From: the human T2T-CHM13v2.0 reference genome, Homo sapiens
Assembly (NCBI RefSeq): GCF_009914755.1
Contig: NC_060947.1
Reading direction: 5' to 3' (one strand)
Length of the DNA stretch: 64,000 nt
The notes under the pieces are model-generated. The model was given only the letters and a program-made list of their open reading frames with translations, ran no database searches and was not told the DNA's origin. The position numbers and the translations under genes were made by a program. How positions within the stretch are numbered: position 1 is the first letter of the stretch; every line of letters begins with the position of its first letter. This document shows, piece by piece, positions 1 through 11,879 of the stretch.

Positions 1-2284
1 TCTGCATTTATGCATATGAATAGAGGTCTTCCAAATACACTCTGGCTCCACCCCAAGAAAACACAGCTGAGAGGATTCGGCCCTTGCCGTAGACCAGTTT
101 GGCCTGGGGAGCGCCACCTTGAAAAGCAAGGTGGTAGCCCTGGGCCCTAAGCTTTGGAGGTGGGACCCTGAACTGGTGCTTCCCCTTAGCTCCCTTGCTC
201 CCTCCGAAGTGTGAGAACAGAAGGCACAGCCCAAGGGATTAAAGCTGACAGCATACTGGGAAGCCAGGGTAGACAGGCCAGAAGGCAGGCTCTTTCATTG
301 CAAAACAGCAGCGTGTCTTCTGGGTGGATCCCCAAGGGATAAAGGTCTGGCCATATGGGAATCCAGGTGTTAGAGTACAGGCAGCACGTCCTTGTATGGC
401 AGCGACTTTGGAATCTTTTGGATCAGTTGCACCAAGCACCAATGGGTGACGTGGGAGTAGCTACTTCGTTTTTTTGTCTTGCCTTTCTCACGTTTCTCAG
501 CAGAGACTGACCAACAACCATTTGAGTACACCAATCACCTTCTCCCCACTGTTTCAGGGCCAGGTTGACATCTCTGCAGGCATCCAGGACCGGGGGAGGG
601 AGCAGGGGCAAGAATCAATCTCTGGGGAGGGTTACCCTAAGCTTTGTGGACGTGCACACCTGCAGCGTGTGAGAAAAGCTGGATCCCTGGCTTGATTTAG
701 CCAAACCGATGAAGGTAGGAGGGCAAGGACAACTCAGGACCTTCTAGCATTTAAACAGAAGGGGGCACCACAGGCTCTAGGTCTGAGGCTGTTGCATGGT
801 GCGTGTGGGAAGAGAGACCAGTTGATGGGATAGCTGGGCCAAGGCAGTCAGCGCCTGGGGACTCCAGGACTCCCCCACTAGACACAGCGTCAAATTCCCC
901 TCTGTGTGAGAGGTGGAGTAGAGTTTCAGGGCATACTTCCCCTCACTTCCCCACACATCCTCCACATGCAGAGGCCTCACTTAACTGTGGCCCAGTTCAA
1001 ACAGGAGCCTTATTCCTTCCTTGCATATGGGGGACAGTGAGAAGAGGAGGAGGATGAAAAGGAGGAGGAGGATCCAGAGAAAATTAACAAAGCCAATTCC
1101 TTCTAGGCAAGAGAACTGGGACTCTGCATTGTGGCAAAAGGCCGCCCTTGAGGGCCTCACCTAGCTTAGCACCTGGCATGATTTAGGCACCCGATATTGT
1201 GAAGGAATGAAGGAGATATTTTCATTCCTTCATTCATCTGCTAGATAGGAAGTACAGTTGAGGCAGGAAAGGTTCCAGGAGAAAGGGAGGTGATTACCCC
1301 TACCACTTTGCCTGCCTTCCTGAGGGGGCAGGGTGGGACAGTGATGGGCTGGGGCCACCATCCTAGACATGGTATTTGGACTCCTTATCAGGACGTTTCT
1401 CATCCCCTCCCCACCCCCATTATCTGTTTAGGGATATGGGATTCCTCATCTAAATTCTCATCCTGACAACTACTAGCACAAAGGGGATAAATTAGAAGAA
1501 TGTCCCCTTCCTCTGAGCTGCATCCCTGTGCCAGGACTCATGGCTTGGTGAGGGGAATGTGAACTGCATTTCAGCTCCCACTTTCCCTTCAACTAGGAGT
1601 CCTTGGACAGGTTTCTGGCCTAGCCCTTCGGGGTCGCCAGCATTCCACCATAAGGAAAGGAGTTGCCTGAATCATGCGGAATGGTCTAGAGAAGTCTAAC
1701 ACTGAGGTGTAGCTGGCTGGCCCCTCTGGAGCTTGTTGCCTGCCTAACACAGCTTCCCTTCTCTAAAGGCATGTGGGGAGCCCGAAAGGCGGCCATCAAG
1801 AACTGTGTTTCTTGGAACTCCTGTCACCACATAACACTTTTCTGGGGCTTCTTCACAACAGGCCTGGATGCTGGAGTCTGGGCTGTACCCCAACACAGAG
1901 GCTCATTTACTTCACGGCTGCCATTCAGATGCTTATTCCCAATAGAGCTTTCCTTTGTGAAGCTTTGGGCTTGGAATAACACATTTCTCTCTTTGCAGCT
2001 CAGCTTCTGGGCAATCAGCCTGCAGTAAAACCAGCAGGCTGAATTGCAGGCGTCATGCATGTTTCCCTAGCAGCAGTGTGATGTAATACATGGAGACTAA
2101 GGGCTTTGCTGTGGGACTGGCTGTAGAAAGCTTTGAGATGAGGAGCGAACGATAAAAACGGATTTGCCCACAGTGCCTTACAGTGTAGTGTACTACATAT
2201 TTTCACATCCATGAACACATTTGAGTACTGCAAGTGGACAGTGCTAACACCTGGGTGTGAACAAAAGCTAGGAGGCAGAAGTGC

Positions 2285-3782
2285 ACTAACACAAACATTC
2301 ACACACTGTCACACTCACACATTAACACACACAATTACCCTCTCCTGTGCACTCACCCCCTCACATGAACATGCTCACAATTTCATTCTCACACATAGAC
2401 ACACCCACTGAGCATGATCACACATTCACTTAGTCTCACACATTAGCATGCTCACATACACCAAACACACTCACAAGTCCACATCCACACATGCACATAT
2501 GCATGCGTTCACTCAAACTCAAACATTCTCACACACACATGCAAATTTATTCACTTTAACACACATGCACATTCACTCACACAAACATGCTCACACATCC
2601 AAACACCTTCACGAATTTATTCACACACTTTAACATGCTCACACGTGCAAACATGCTCACACATTTACTACACACGTTATATACGAGACCACGCTCAAAT
2701 TCACTCACACATTAACACACATACCCACAAACACGCTCCCACATCTACATACACATATGAATATACTCACATTCACCCACACACAAATAGGCCCACATAC
2801 ACAAACACACTCACAAATTCACTCAAAAACGACACATATTAACATCCTCACACACAAACACATGCTCACACATACACACATAAACATAACCACACTTTCA
2901 CTTATGCATGGGCGTGCTCACATACATGAAAGCACTCGCATATTCACTCACACACATGAACGTGTTCACAATATACTCACAGATTCACTCACCTGCTGAA
3001 AATATGCACATCTACATTGATAGGTACAAGGACATTAACATGCTTACACACATACTCTTGCATTCACCCACACATGAGCATTCTCACATACACGAACATG
3101 CTAATACAGTCTTCCATATACATGTGTAGTATGCCAGTGCAGGTGGACACATCACACAATACACAAACACGCTCATGTACACTTACATCAACACAGCTAG
3201 TTCACAGACATGAACATGCGCAGGTGTTCACTCACACATGGACATACTCACAAATCCACTAACACATGAACAGGCTCACATACTGTAATACACGCACACA
3301 CTCACACATTCACACCTCCTCACGAACACACTCATACTTATGGACATGCTCATATGTTCAGTCCCACAAAACCACACTCACATATTCCCACACAGGCATC
3401 CTCACATAAACTCATATGTATATATGTTCACACATTCACTCTCACACACAGACAAGCTCACAAACATGCACGGTCATACCCTCACTTGAACACAAACACA
3501 ATCATACACTCCCACACAACACACCTACACACATTCACATGCTCACAGATTTACTTCTGTACAACACACTCAAGCACACAAACATGCTCACACATTCACT
3601 TATACACAAACATGATGACACACACTGGCACATTCACCTGAACATGAACACACAAATTCACTCACATGCATGAACATGCTCACATACACTCATATACACA
3701 GCTCACACAGTCACTTACACACAGACATGTGCTCCCACAAACACACACATTCACTCACACACACAAACATGTGCACACACAG
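2285..3782. repeat. ~1.5 kb degenerate CA-rich low-complexity tract in GABRQ intron 2
   Basis: C/A-dominated, G-poor sequence (acacac, ctcaca, cattca) with recurring AACATGCTCACA. The His/Thr-rich ORFs here are compositional artefacts. Confidence 0.9.
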
Positions 3783-3944
3783 CCATGAATCTTGGCTCCT
3801 GCTTTGGGGCTCGTTGCTTTTCAGGTTTTATCAGGAAAATGTTTAGAAGGAGTGCTTCATCCCTTAACGTTCTCTTTATTTTGCCCTGACCCCTTCCTTT
3901 GCACACATCGTGGGCGAGGCCTTGCTCTAACTATGAGATCAGTG

Positions 3945-4083
3945 CTATCACTATCCCCATTTTACCCATGAGGAGATTAAGACTCAGCAGGGTTAGGTGA
4001 CTTACTCAGGATCACACAACTAACAAGTTTCAAAGAGGGTTCAAACCCAGGCAGCCTGGCTCCCAAGTTTATGCTCTTAACCT
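3945..4083 (+). mobile_element. MIR SINE fragment abutting the GABRQ exon 3 acceptor
   Basis: MIR-core-like ATCCCCATTTTAC..ATGAGGA..ACTCAG..AGGTGACTT..GATCACACAACTA..TTCAAACCCAGG. Confidence 0.75.
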
Positions 4084-4124
4084 TTATTCTACCTTTCGTG
4101 TAACTGTGTCTTTCTGTCTTCTAG

Positions 4125-4192
4125 GTGCCCCTGTGCCTGTGAGAATATCTATTTATGTCACGAGCATTGAACAGATCTCAGAAATGAATATG
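4125..4192 (+). CDS. GABRQ: GABA-A receptor theta subunit, exon 3 (68 bp); exons 1-2 lie upstream of the window
   Basis: ctag|GTGCCC...AATATG|gtaagt. Encodes (G)APVPVRISIYVTSIEQISEMNM. Size matches the 68-bp exon of GABA-A beta-type genes. Confidence 0.93.
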
Positions 4193-4329
4193 GTAAGTGT
4201 GTTATTTCCAGCCATGGGGTTGGGAACAGAGGACATGGAACAAGCAGCAGGCTTATAATCCAAGTCCAGTTGTTCTGACCTGTGACAGAACTCACATAAA
4301 GGAACAAGGTAGGTTTGGGACACTGCAGC

Positions 4330-5420
4330 CATTCAGAATAAAAACTACATTAATTCAACCCCTACACCACACCACATCCAGAAACTCGGCTCCAGATGGA
4401 TTATAGACTTAAAAGTGAAAGGCTTATTAAGCTTTTAAAAGATAGTGTAGAACACTGGCTTTATGTCTTGCAGTAGGATTTCTTTAAAAAGACACAGAAA
4501 ACACAGACCACACAAAATAAATCTGGTACCTTCAACTATATTGAAATTCTGTGTAACCAAATTTACAGAACTCCTGTTTTACAAAACAAAACCATTATAA
4601 CAAGTGTGAAAGGATCAATCACAGTGGACTAAGATGCTTGCAGCATGAAGGACATATTCAAAATATGCATCATTTTGTGAATTAATAAGAATATTTTGAA
4701 ACCGATAGAAAAATTATCAGAAAATATGAACAAGAATATCACTTCTGTAAGAAAATTAAACAGCAGGTAAATATATGAAACATATGAAAAGACGGTTAGC
4801 CTTGTTAGTAGTGCAAAATAAAACCTGAATGAGAACCCATTACATACCAAATTAGCAAAAGTCAAAAGTCAGACAATACCAATGTTGGTGAAGCCAAAGC
4901 ACTGGGAACCCTCTGCAGCTTTTTGGCGCTTGGCTTTCGGCAGGGATATAAAGTGGAACTTCTACTTCATCATTTTTATTTCATCATGGTTTTGGTATGC
5001 ATGTTCATATGATAATCTGCGTGGTATATTCGTATATTATCCAGAAAAGCAAGTGAACAAATTATAATTACACATGTCCACCTGAGTGAATCTCACAAAG
5101 ATACTGTTGAGTGAAAGAAGCAAATTATGAATACATACAGTATTATTTCATTCAGATAAAATTTTAAAAACAGGTCCAACTAAGCAATATGTTTTCCAGC
5201 AATACATAGACAATAAAACTCTCACACAAAGCAAGGGAATTATCATAAAAACTCGGATAATGGTTACTGCTGGGGGTGTGAGGGAAATATATTCTGGAAG
5301 ACATACATTGGGGTTTGAAAGTTATTGGTAATATTCTGTTTCTTAACCTGGATTCTAATTACACAAGATTCATTTTATTCTTTCTTTAAACCTCCGTATG
5401 TTTCACGCACTTGTATATAG
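4330..5420 (+). mobile_element. Old L1 (L1M-type) fragments
   Basis: A-rich degraded L1 ORF2 and 3' UTR-like motifs; boundaries approximate. Confidence 0.55.
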
Positions 5421-5545
5421 TTATGATATACTTCATACACTTGCATACACAAGTGCATGCACACATACACACACACCCTACACACACCAAGGATGGAGCT
5501 CTGGACAACCAAACTTACAACTGGGATTTACATTTGTCTTCCCAG

Positions 5546-5766
5546 GACTACACGATCACGATGTTTTTTCATCAGACTTGGAAAGATTCACGCTTAGCAT
5601 ACTATGAGACCACCCTGAACTTGACCCTGGACTATCGGATGCATGAGAAGTTGTGGGTCCCTGACTGCTACTTTCTGAACAGCAAGGATGCTTTCGTGCA
5701 TGATGTGACTGTGGAGAATCGCGTGTTTCAGCTTCACCCAGATGGAACGGTGCGGTACGGCATCCG
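5546..5766 (+). CDS. GABRQ: GABRQ exon 4 (221 bp)
   Basis: cccag|GACTAC...ATCCG|gtgagt. [17 protein letters not shown]...[12 protein letters not shown]...[11 protein letters not shown], Cys-loop ligand-binding domain. Confidence 0.97.
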
Positions 5767-6947
5767 GTGAGTCCCCTAGGGGTCTGGGGATGTCCCAGCA
5801 GACTTCCTTCTTCCTACTGAATATTCTACAAACACACTCTAAGGGACACACAAAGGCACCCACTGCTTTCCAAACCCGTCTTGAACTTCCCCCTTCACTC
5901 GTTCTACCCAGTAGCCAAAGTGGAAATTTCACAGTTTCCCACAGACACCCTTAGCTGTTCTGTCCCCACACCTTGGTTTCTGCTGTTCCTTCTGTCTGGA
6001 TTGGTCAGTCCTTTCCCCCTTTCCATGAGCTGAAACCTTGCCCACCCTGAAATCCCTAACTCAAATGCCCCCTTGGTCAGGAAGTCCTCCTTGATTCCCT
6101 CAACTGAAAGACCTCTCCCTCCACCCTAGTGTTGCATGCATTCTGTTCTTTATCTTTGTCTTTTCTCTCTGTGCAGTGAGGGAGGGAGAAGATGAATGCT
6201 GAAGTCCATGCAGTGAACGAGGGGGCCTGCTTTCTGCCTTCAGTCATATTTGCATCATGCAGGGCCTCCAGGAGTGCGGAGGGGCAGGGTGTGTGTGGCA
6301 TGGGTCTCTGGTCTATGGCTCTCCACACACACGGAGCAATTGCAAGCTGAACCTCCTCACTAGTCTAGTTATAGCATAGGAGACAGTCACCAAGTTTCTC
6401 CTCACAGCGGCATCTCTTACAAACTGTCTCCAAAGACGTGTGTAAGAGATCAGTTTAGCTCAGAAAATGTGTCTGAGAAGTAGTTACCAGGGTTTGGCTC
6501 TTACGGTTTTTACAGATCTAATCTCTGGGTTTCTCTTTCTCCGTGGAGCTCTTGCTCCATTCCTTCCTTTTTCCATCCACCTTCCCACAGACCCAGGCTC
6601 TGAAATCGGGAAATAACAAGACTCACAGGGAACAGGTCACTGGTCACACTTGTTCTACTTAAAGGGAGAATTAGCTGAATAATGCTGCATGGAGGATTCA
6701 TAGAAGGGAGAAAAACACACATGCACTCACACGTGCACGCGCACACCATATCCAGTGTACAAAATGGAAATTATTTCAAGGAAGCAATTGAAAGGGACTC
6801 AGCTGGGGTTAGCAGATAAGAAGGGCAGAATAAGGGATGGAGCAGAGCCTCCCAGGGGAGGCTGTAGAGAGCTTGTGTGTTATCTTCTCTCCCACTGGAC
6901 ACTTCGCCCACTTTCTCAGCACCTCTGAGACCCCTCAGATTCTTCTT

Positions 6948-7258
<311 letters not shown>

Positions 7259-7848
7259 GGATTCTTCTTATGGATGCACTCACCACATTGCAACTTAAAG
7301 CTCCTGCCCACTTCGTGTACTGTCAACAGTGCCATGGCTCACCACAGATATGTTTATCCCTTCTGTCCATTTCGCACCCAATGACATTTTGCTAGTCCCC
7401 AATACCCACATAGGCCTGCACCTCTGGCTTGTGTACAGATGTGGCCAGAGGCAGGCCTGGATGGAGGCTCCCAGCTGTACATGCACACTTGACACCAGCA
7501 CTCCACATTGCATCTGGAGTCTCAGCTGATTTGGCGTAGCACACAGTTTTCTCTTGCTAGCCTCACTCCTTCTGTAGGAAGCACCCCTTTCCGTCTCTGC
7601 ATTCAGTTTCCTCCGGGGCCCTTCCCATCTGACACCCTGCAGTTTTCTGAGGTGCCATACGTGTGTTCTCTGTTTATGTGCTGCCAGGTCTCTTGGTTAC
7701 TTTGTCACAAACAAATTTCCTCTCTCCTCTCTACACATGGGTCAGTCCTTGGGATAACTCTTCCCTCCCCACCCCTGCAGTTTCCTCAGCAATGGTTGTT
7801 TGCCTAGGCTTCACTCACTTTCTCCTTCCTTTTTGTTTTCCTTTGCAG

Positions 7849-7931
7849 ACTCACCACTACAGCAGCTTGTTCCCTGGATCTGCATAAATTCCCTATGGAC
7901 AAGCAGGCCTGCAACCTGGTGGTAGAGAGCT
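7849..7931 (+). CDS. GABRQ: GABRQ exon 5 (83 bp), Cys-loop
   Basis: ttgcag|ACTC...GAGCT|gtacgt. LTTTAACSLDLHKFPMDKQACNLVVES contains the C-x13-C Cys-loop. Confidence 0.97.
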
Positions 7932-8067
7932 GTACGTATGTCTCCTATGGCCCCTTCTTCCGTACTTGGGGCTGTGGTGATCAGGGAAGCAGAGGCTGAA
8001 TTGACAGTAAAAGGGCCAGTGTATCTCCTGTGCTCCCTCCCTCCCCCCATTCTCTCTCCCAAAATAA

Positions 8068-8162
8068 ATAGACGATAGAGGATAGACAGATGATAGAAAT
8101 AAAGAGAGAAAGATGGTGGAGAGATAGATAGGTGATAGATAATTTATTGACAGATAGATGTA
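8068..8162. repeat. Degenerate (GATA)n microsatellite
   Basis: gatagataggtgatagat... in intron 5. Confidence 0.7.
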
Positions 8163-8339
8163 TAAATACAGCATCTGGGACTAGGTGGTCTTTAGAGCAT
8201 AAACGGTCCTCTGGGAAAATGTCACCTTACTGTTGGGAAAGTGTGTGCAAGTTAGTGGGTAGGAGCTTGTAGCATGTCTTTTTTGTGCTTTTCTTTCTTT
8301 CTAAGAATCTGAGACTACCTCTGTTTCTCTCCTTCCCAG

Positions 8340-8477
8340 ATGGTTACACGGTTGAAGACATCATATTATTCTGGGATGACAATGGGAACGCCATCCACAT
8401 GACTGAGGAGCTGCATATCCCTCAGTTCACTTTCCTGGGAAGGACGATTACTAGCAAGGAGGTGTATTTCTACACAG
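8340..8477 (+). CDS. GABRQ: GABRQ exon 6 (138 bp)
   Basis: cccag|ATGG...ACAG|gtgggt. YGYTVEDIILFWDDNG...IPQFTFLG...YFYTG. Confidence 0.97.
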
Positions 8478-9025
8478 GTGGGTCTGACCCCTTCCTTCTC
8501 TCCTGTCTCATGTCTGCCTTGCACCTCCATAAACTCCTAGCGGCCTCTGATTTTGGCTCCTATTCTCTGGTGCCTCCTTTTCCACTTCCTACTGGTTCCA
8601 GGCCCCCTTAAGAAAGCCCCAATGACTCATCCACCGCCAATGAGGAATGGCCGTGGAAGCACTTAGCCAGGTTCACAACACTCTGCAGGTGTAAAAGATT
8701 CATGCTCCTCTCAGGGCTGGCCTTTCACCCTCCATCTGTTTGTACCTTGGGAACATCTCTTGCCTCTCCCATTCCAAAACTTCACCTAACATGGAGCAAG
8801 TGAGAAAGGAAAGTGGAGAGAGCAGACTTGCTATGCTCATGCGCCTACTGAGATATGCCACTGTCACTGATCTGCTAGTGCAGTCTGCCCAAGCTGGATG
8901 CCTCTGGATGGAGTATTACAAGCTGAACTTCCCATTGCTCTCCCCTCCTTCTCCATCCTGTACCTCTCCACCCTGCAAATGCGCCTCAGCCCTGCCACCC
9001 TAATTCCAGTGTGTCTCCTTGCCAG

Positions 9026-9178
9026 GTTCCTACATACGCCTGATACTGAAGTTCCAGGTTCAGAGGGAAGTTAACAGCTACCTTGTGCAAGTCTACTGGC
9101 CTACTGTCCTCACCACTATTACCTCTTGGATATCGTTTTGGATGAACTATGATTCCTCTGCAGCCAGGGTGACAATTG
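9026..9178 (+). CDS. GABRQ: GABRQ exon 7 (153 bp), M1 and start of M2
   Basis: gccag|GTTCC...ATTG|gtaggt. GSYIRLILKF...YWPTVLTTITSWISFWMNYDSSAARVTIG. Confidence 0.97.
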
Positions 9179-10123
9179 GTAGGTTCTGTCTCTGTCCCAG
9201 GAAAGAATTTGGGTCATTTGGCTCAGAAAAAAAGTTGAGAGTAAGGAAAAAGTACCCAGAACAGTGTGTGACTAACTACACAGGCAAGGAAATAAGGATT
9301 TTTCCAATAGACATTTGCACCTTTGTACAGGTGCACAGCCAATCCCCAATAGAGAGACCGATATTAGAGACAGATGTGAAAAAAAATCAAGGTTGGAATC
9401 TTGGCCCGTTGAGCCCCGAGTACCAGAATTCATTATTTCTTGAATCCATAAGTAAACGGACGAGTCATAAGTTTAGACCATAGGGGCCATTAAAAGGGGG
9501 CTAAATCACAGGGTGTCTGGGACAGGAGCTGAGGAGATGAGGAGAGCAGCACAAAGACATCCTGGTCAGGCTTAGGAAGACCTTGTACTTTATGTCTAAG
9601 CATGGGGAGCCATGAAAAATTTTTGAGCAGTACCAAGAAGAGACCTAAGAGATCAACTCCCTGGTTTGTCTGGCCCCATCCAGCAGAATGTCAATGTGTC
9701 CCAGATCCAGGTCTGGTTTCTCCTTCACCATCTGTGGGGCAGACTCCTCAGCCTCCCTCTTTAGGAGAACGTTCTGGACTAAAGCTTTATATTTGTGTAA
9801 TAGTTTAGGGCTCAGAAAACCTTCCCAAGAACTAAAGAAAGGCAAAAGGGAAAGGAGCCATCATAGGCCAAGGTGGGGCTGAAGATGTCAATTGCCATGA
9901 AGCCACGGCTAGAGGTTTGAGACTTGACGCTAAGAGCAATAAGAAGTCATTGAACCAGTGAAGCGTGGGCTGAGTTTAAAGATGGGGGAAAAGGAATAAA
10001 GAGAGAGCCGAAGGCCTTTGCTGTGGGCCCTCCTCACCCCAAATATGTTTGGGTGGGGGCCTGACAGGTTGCCAAGAACGTTAGCCATCAGAGGAGACTA
10101 AGTCTGTACTGTGTTGCTTACAG

Positions 10124-10380
10124 GCTTAACTTCAATGCTCATCCTGACCACCATCGACTCACATCTGCGGGATAAGCTCCCCAACATTTCCTGTATCAAG
10201 GCCATTGATATCTATATCCTCGTGTGCTTGTTCTTTGTGTTCCTGTCCTTGCTGGAGTATGTCTACATCAACTATCTTTTCTACAGTCGAGGACCTCGGC
10301 GCCAGCCTAGGCGACACAGGAGACCCCGAAGAGTCATTGCCCGCTACCGCTACCAGCAAGTGGTGGTAGGAAACGTGCAG
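10124..10380 (+). CDS. GABRQ: GABRQ exon 8 (257 bp), M2, M3 and start of intracellular loop
   Basis: tacag|GCTT...GTGCAG|gtttga. LTSMLILTTIDSHLRDKLPNISCIKAIDIYILVCLFFVFLSLLEY then an Arg-rich stretch. Confidence 0.96.
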
Positions 10381-11138
10381 GTTTGACTTTTTGACTGACA
10401 ATCAGCTTTCCCTGAGCACCTCTTGAGCCCAGGCTTAGCGCTTTTGACCCTTTTGCATTTCTTAGCTTTTTAAATACGCGCACCCACACATGCGCGCACA
10501 CGCAAAACACACACACACAACATATAACAAAGAAGTAGTACTATTTCTCATCACTCCTTTATAGATGATCATTGTCCAAGGTCACAAGGCAAGTAAGTGG
10601 CAGAGCTAAATTTCTCCAGACCTTTGGACTGAATTTGGTCCACTTTGCATGCTTCCAGAGCAGGCAATGAAGCTGGAAGGGAAGATGGGCGCAGGGAGAC
10701 TGAAAGGAAGACAGACACCGGAGAGGCTGGCCTACCTACCCCTCCTTCCTTGGCACTTCAGACTCCCAAGGCAATGCTGAGGCTTTTGCTGTGGGCAGTA
10801 TGTTAATGCCCAGCTACCTCCCTCCTTCGCAGAAAGCCCGGTCCTGCCTGCCTGAGCAGGCATCCATCCACCACACAGCACTCCTGAGGGAGCAGCTGCC
10901 TCCAGCGAGACACTGGCTTGGCAGCCTCCATAGCCTTCCCTTGCATGCTAACAGCCGATTGGTCCTGTTCCTCACCCCTTGAACACCAGAGACCCCAAGA
11001 GGAGCTGGCTCTATCTGTCAAAGAGATCAGTAACATTACAAGTGCTGATGAGGGAAGTCCCTTCCCTCCTCCCTCCCCCCAGTGCATATCCATCTAGGCG
11101 ATATGAAACTGATGAGCCTATCCATTATCTCCTCAAAG

Positions 11139-11879
11139 GATGGCCTGATTAACGTGGAAGACGGAGTCAGCTCTCTCCCCATCACCCCAGCGCAGGCCCC
11201 CCTGGCAAGCCCGGAAAGCCTCGGTTCTTTGACGTCCACCTCCGAGCAGGCCCAGCTGGCCACCTCGGAAAGCCTCAGCCCACTCACTTCTCTCTCAGGC
11301 CAGGCCCCCCTGGCCACTGGAGAAAGCCTGAGCGATCTCCCCTCCACCTCAGAGCAGGCCCGGCACAGCTATGGTGTTCGCTTTAATGGTTTCCAGGCTG
11401 ATGACAGTATTATTCCTACCGAAATCCGCAACCGTGTCGAAGCCCATGGCCATGGTGTTACCCATGACCATGAAGATTCCAATGAGAGCTTGAGCTCGGA
11501 TGAGCGCCATGGCCATGGCCCCAGTGGGAAGCCCATGCTTCACCATGGCGAGAAGGGTGTGCAAGAAGCAGGCTGGGACCTTGATGACAACAATGACAAG
11601 AGCGACTGCCTTGCCATTAAGGAGCAATTCAAGTGTGATACTAACAGTACCTGGGGCCTTAATGATGATGAGCTCATGGCCCATGGCCAAGAGAAGGACA
11701 GTAGCTCAGAGTCTGAGGATAGTTGCCCCCCAAGCCCTGGGTGCTCCTTCACTGAAGGGTTCTCCTTCGATCTCTTTAATCCTGACTACGTCCCAAAGGT
11801 CGACAAGTGGTCCCGGTTCCTCTTCCCTCTGGCCTTTGGGTTGTTCAACATTGTTTACTGGGTATACCATATGTATTAG
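11139..11879 (+). CDS. GABRQ: GABRQ exon 9 coding part (741 bp), long M3-M4 loop and M4
   Basis: caaag|GATGGC. Ends KVDKWSRFLFPLAFGLFNIVYWVYHMY-TAG. All exon phases join in frame. Confidence 0.96.
   Translation, partial: DGLINVEDGVSSLPITPAQAPLASPESLGSLTSTSEQAQLATSESLSPLTSLSGQAPLATGESLSDLPSTSEQARHSYGVRFNGFQADDSIIPTEIRNRVEAHGHGVTHDHEDSNESLSSDERHGHGPSGKPMLHHGEKGVQEAGWDLDDNNDKSDCLAIKEQFKCDTNSTWGLNDDELMAHGQEKDSSSESEDSCPPSPGCSFTEGFSFDLFNPDYVPKVDKWSRFLFPLAFGLFNIVYWVYHMY

Noticed and set aside
2211-3673. Cluster of His/Thr-rich ORFs; possible repeat-spacer array
   Set aside because: By-product of CA low-complexity DNA. The recurring 12-mer is irregularly spaced with no unique spacers, and this is eukaryotic intron sequence, not CRISPR.
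11082-11138. N-terminal extension of the 265-aa ORF
   Set aside because: Lies in intron 8. The in-frame acceptor is at 11138/11139; nearby upstream AGs (11082, 11097) are out of frame.
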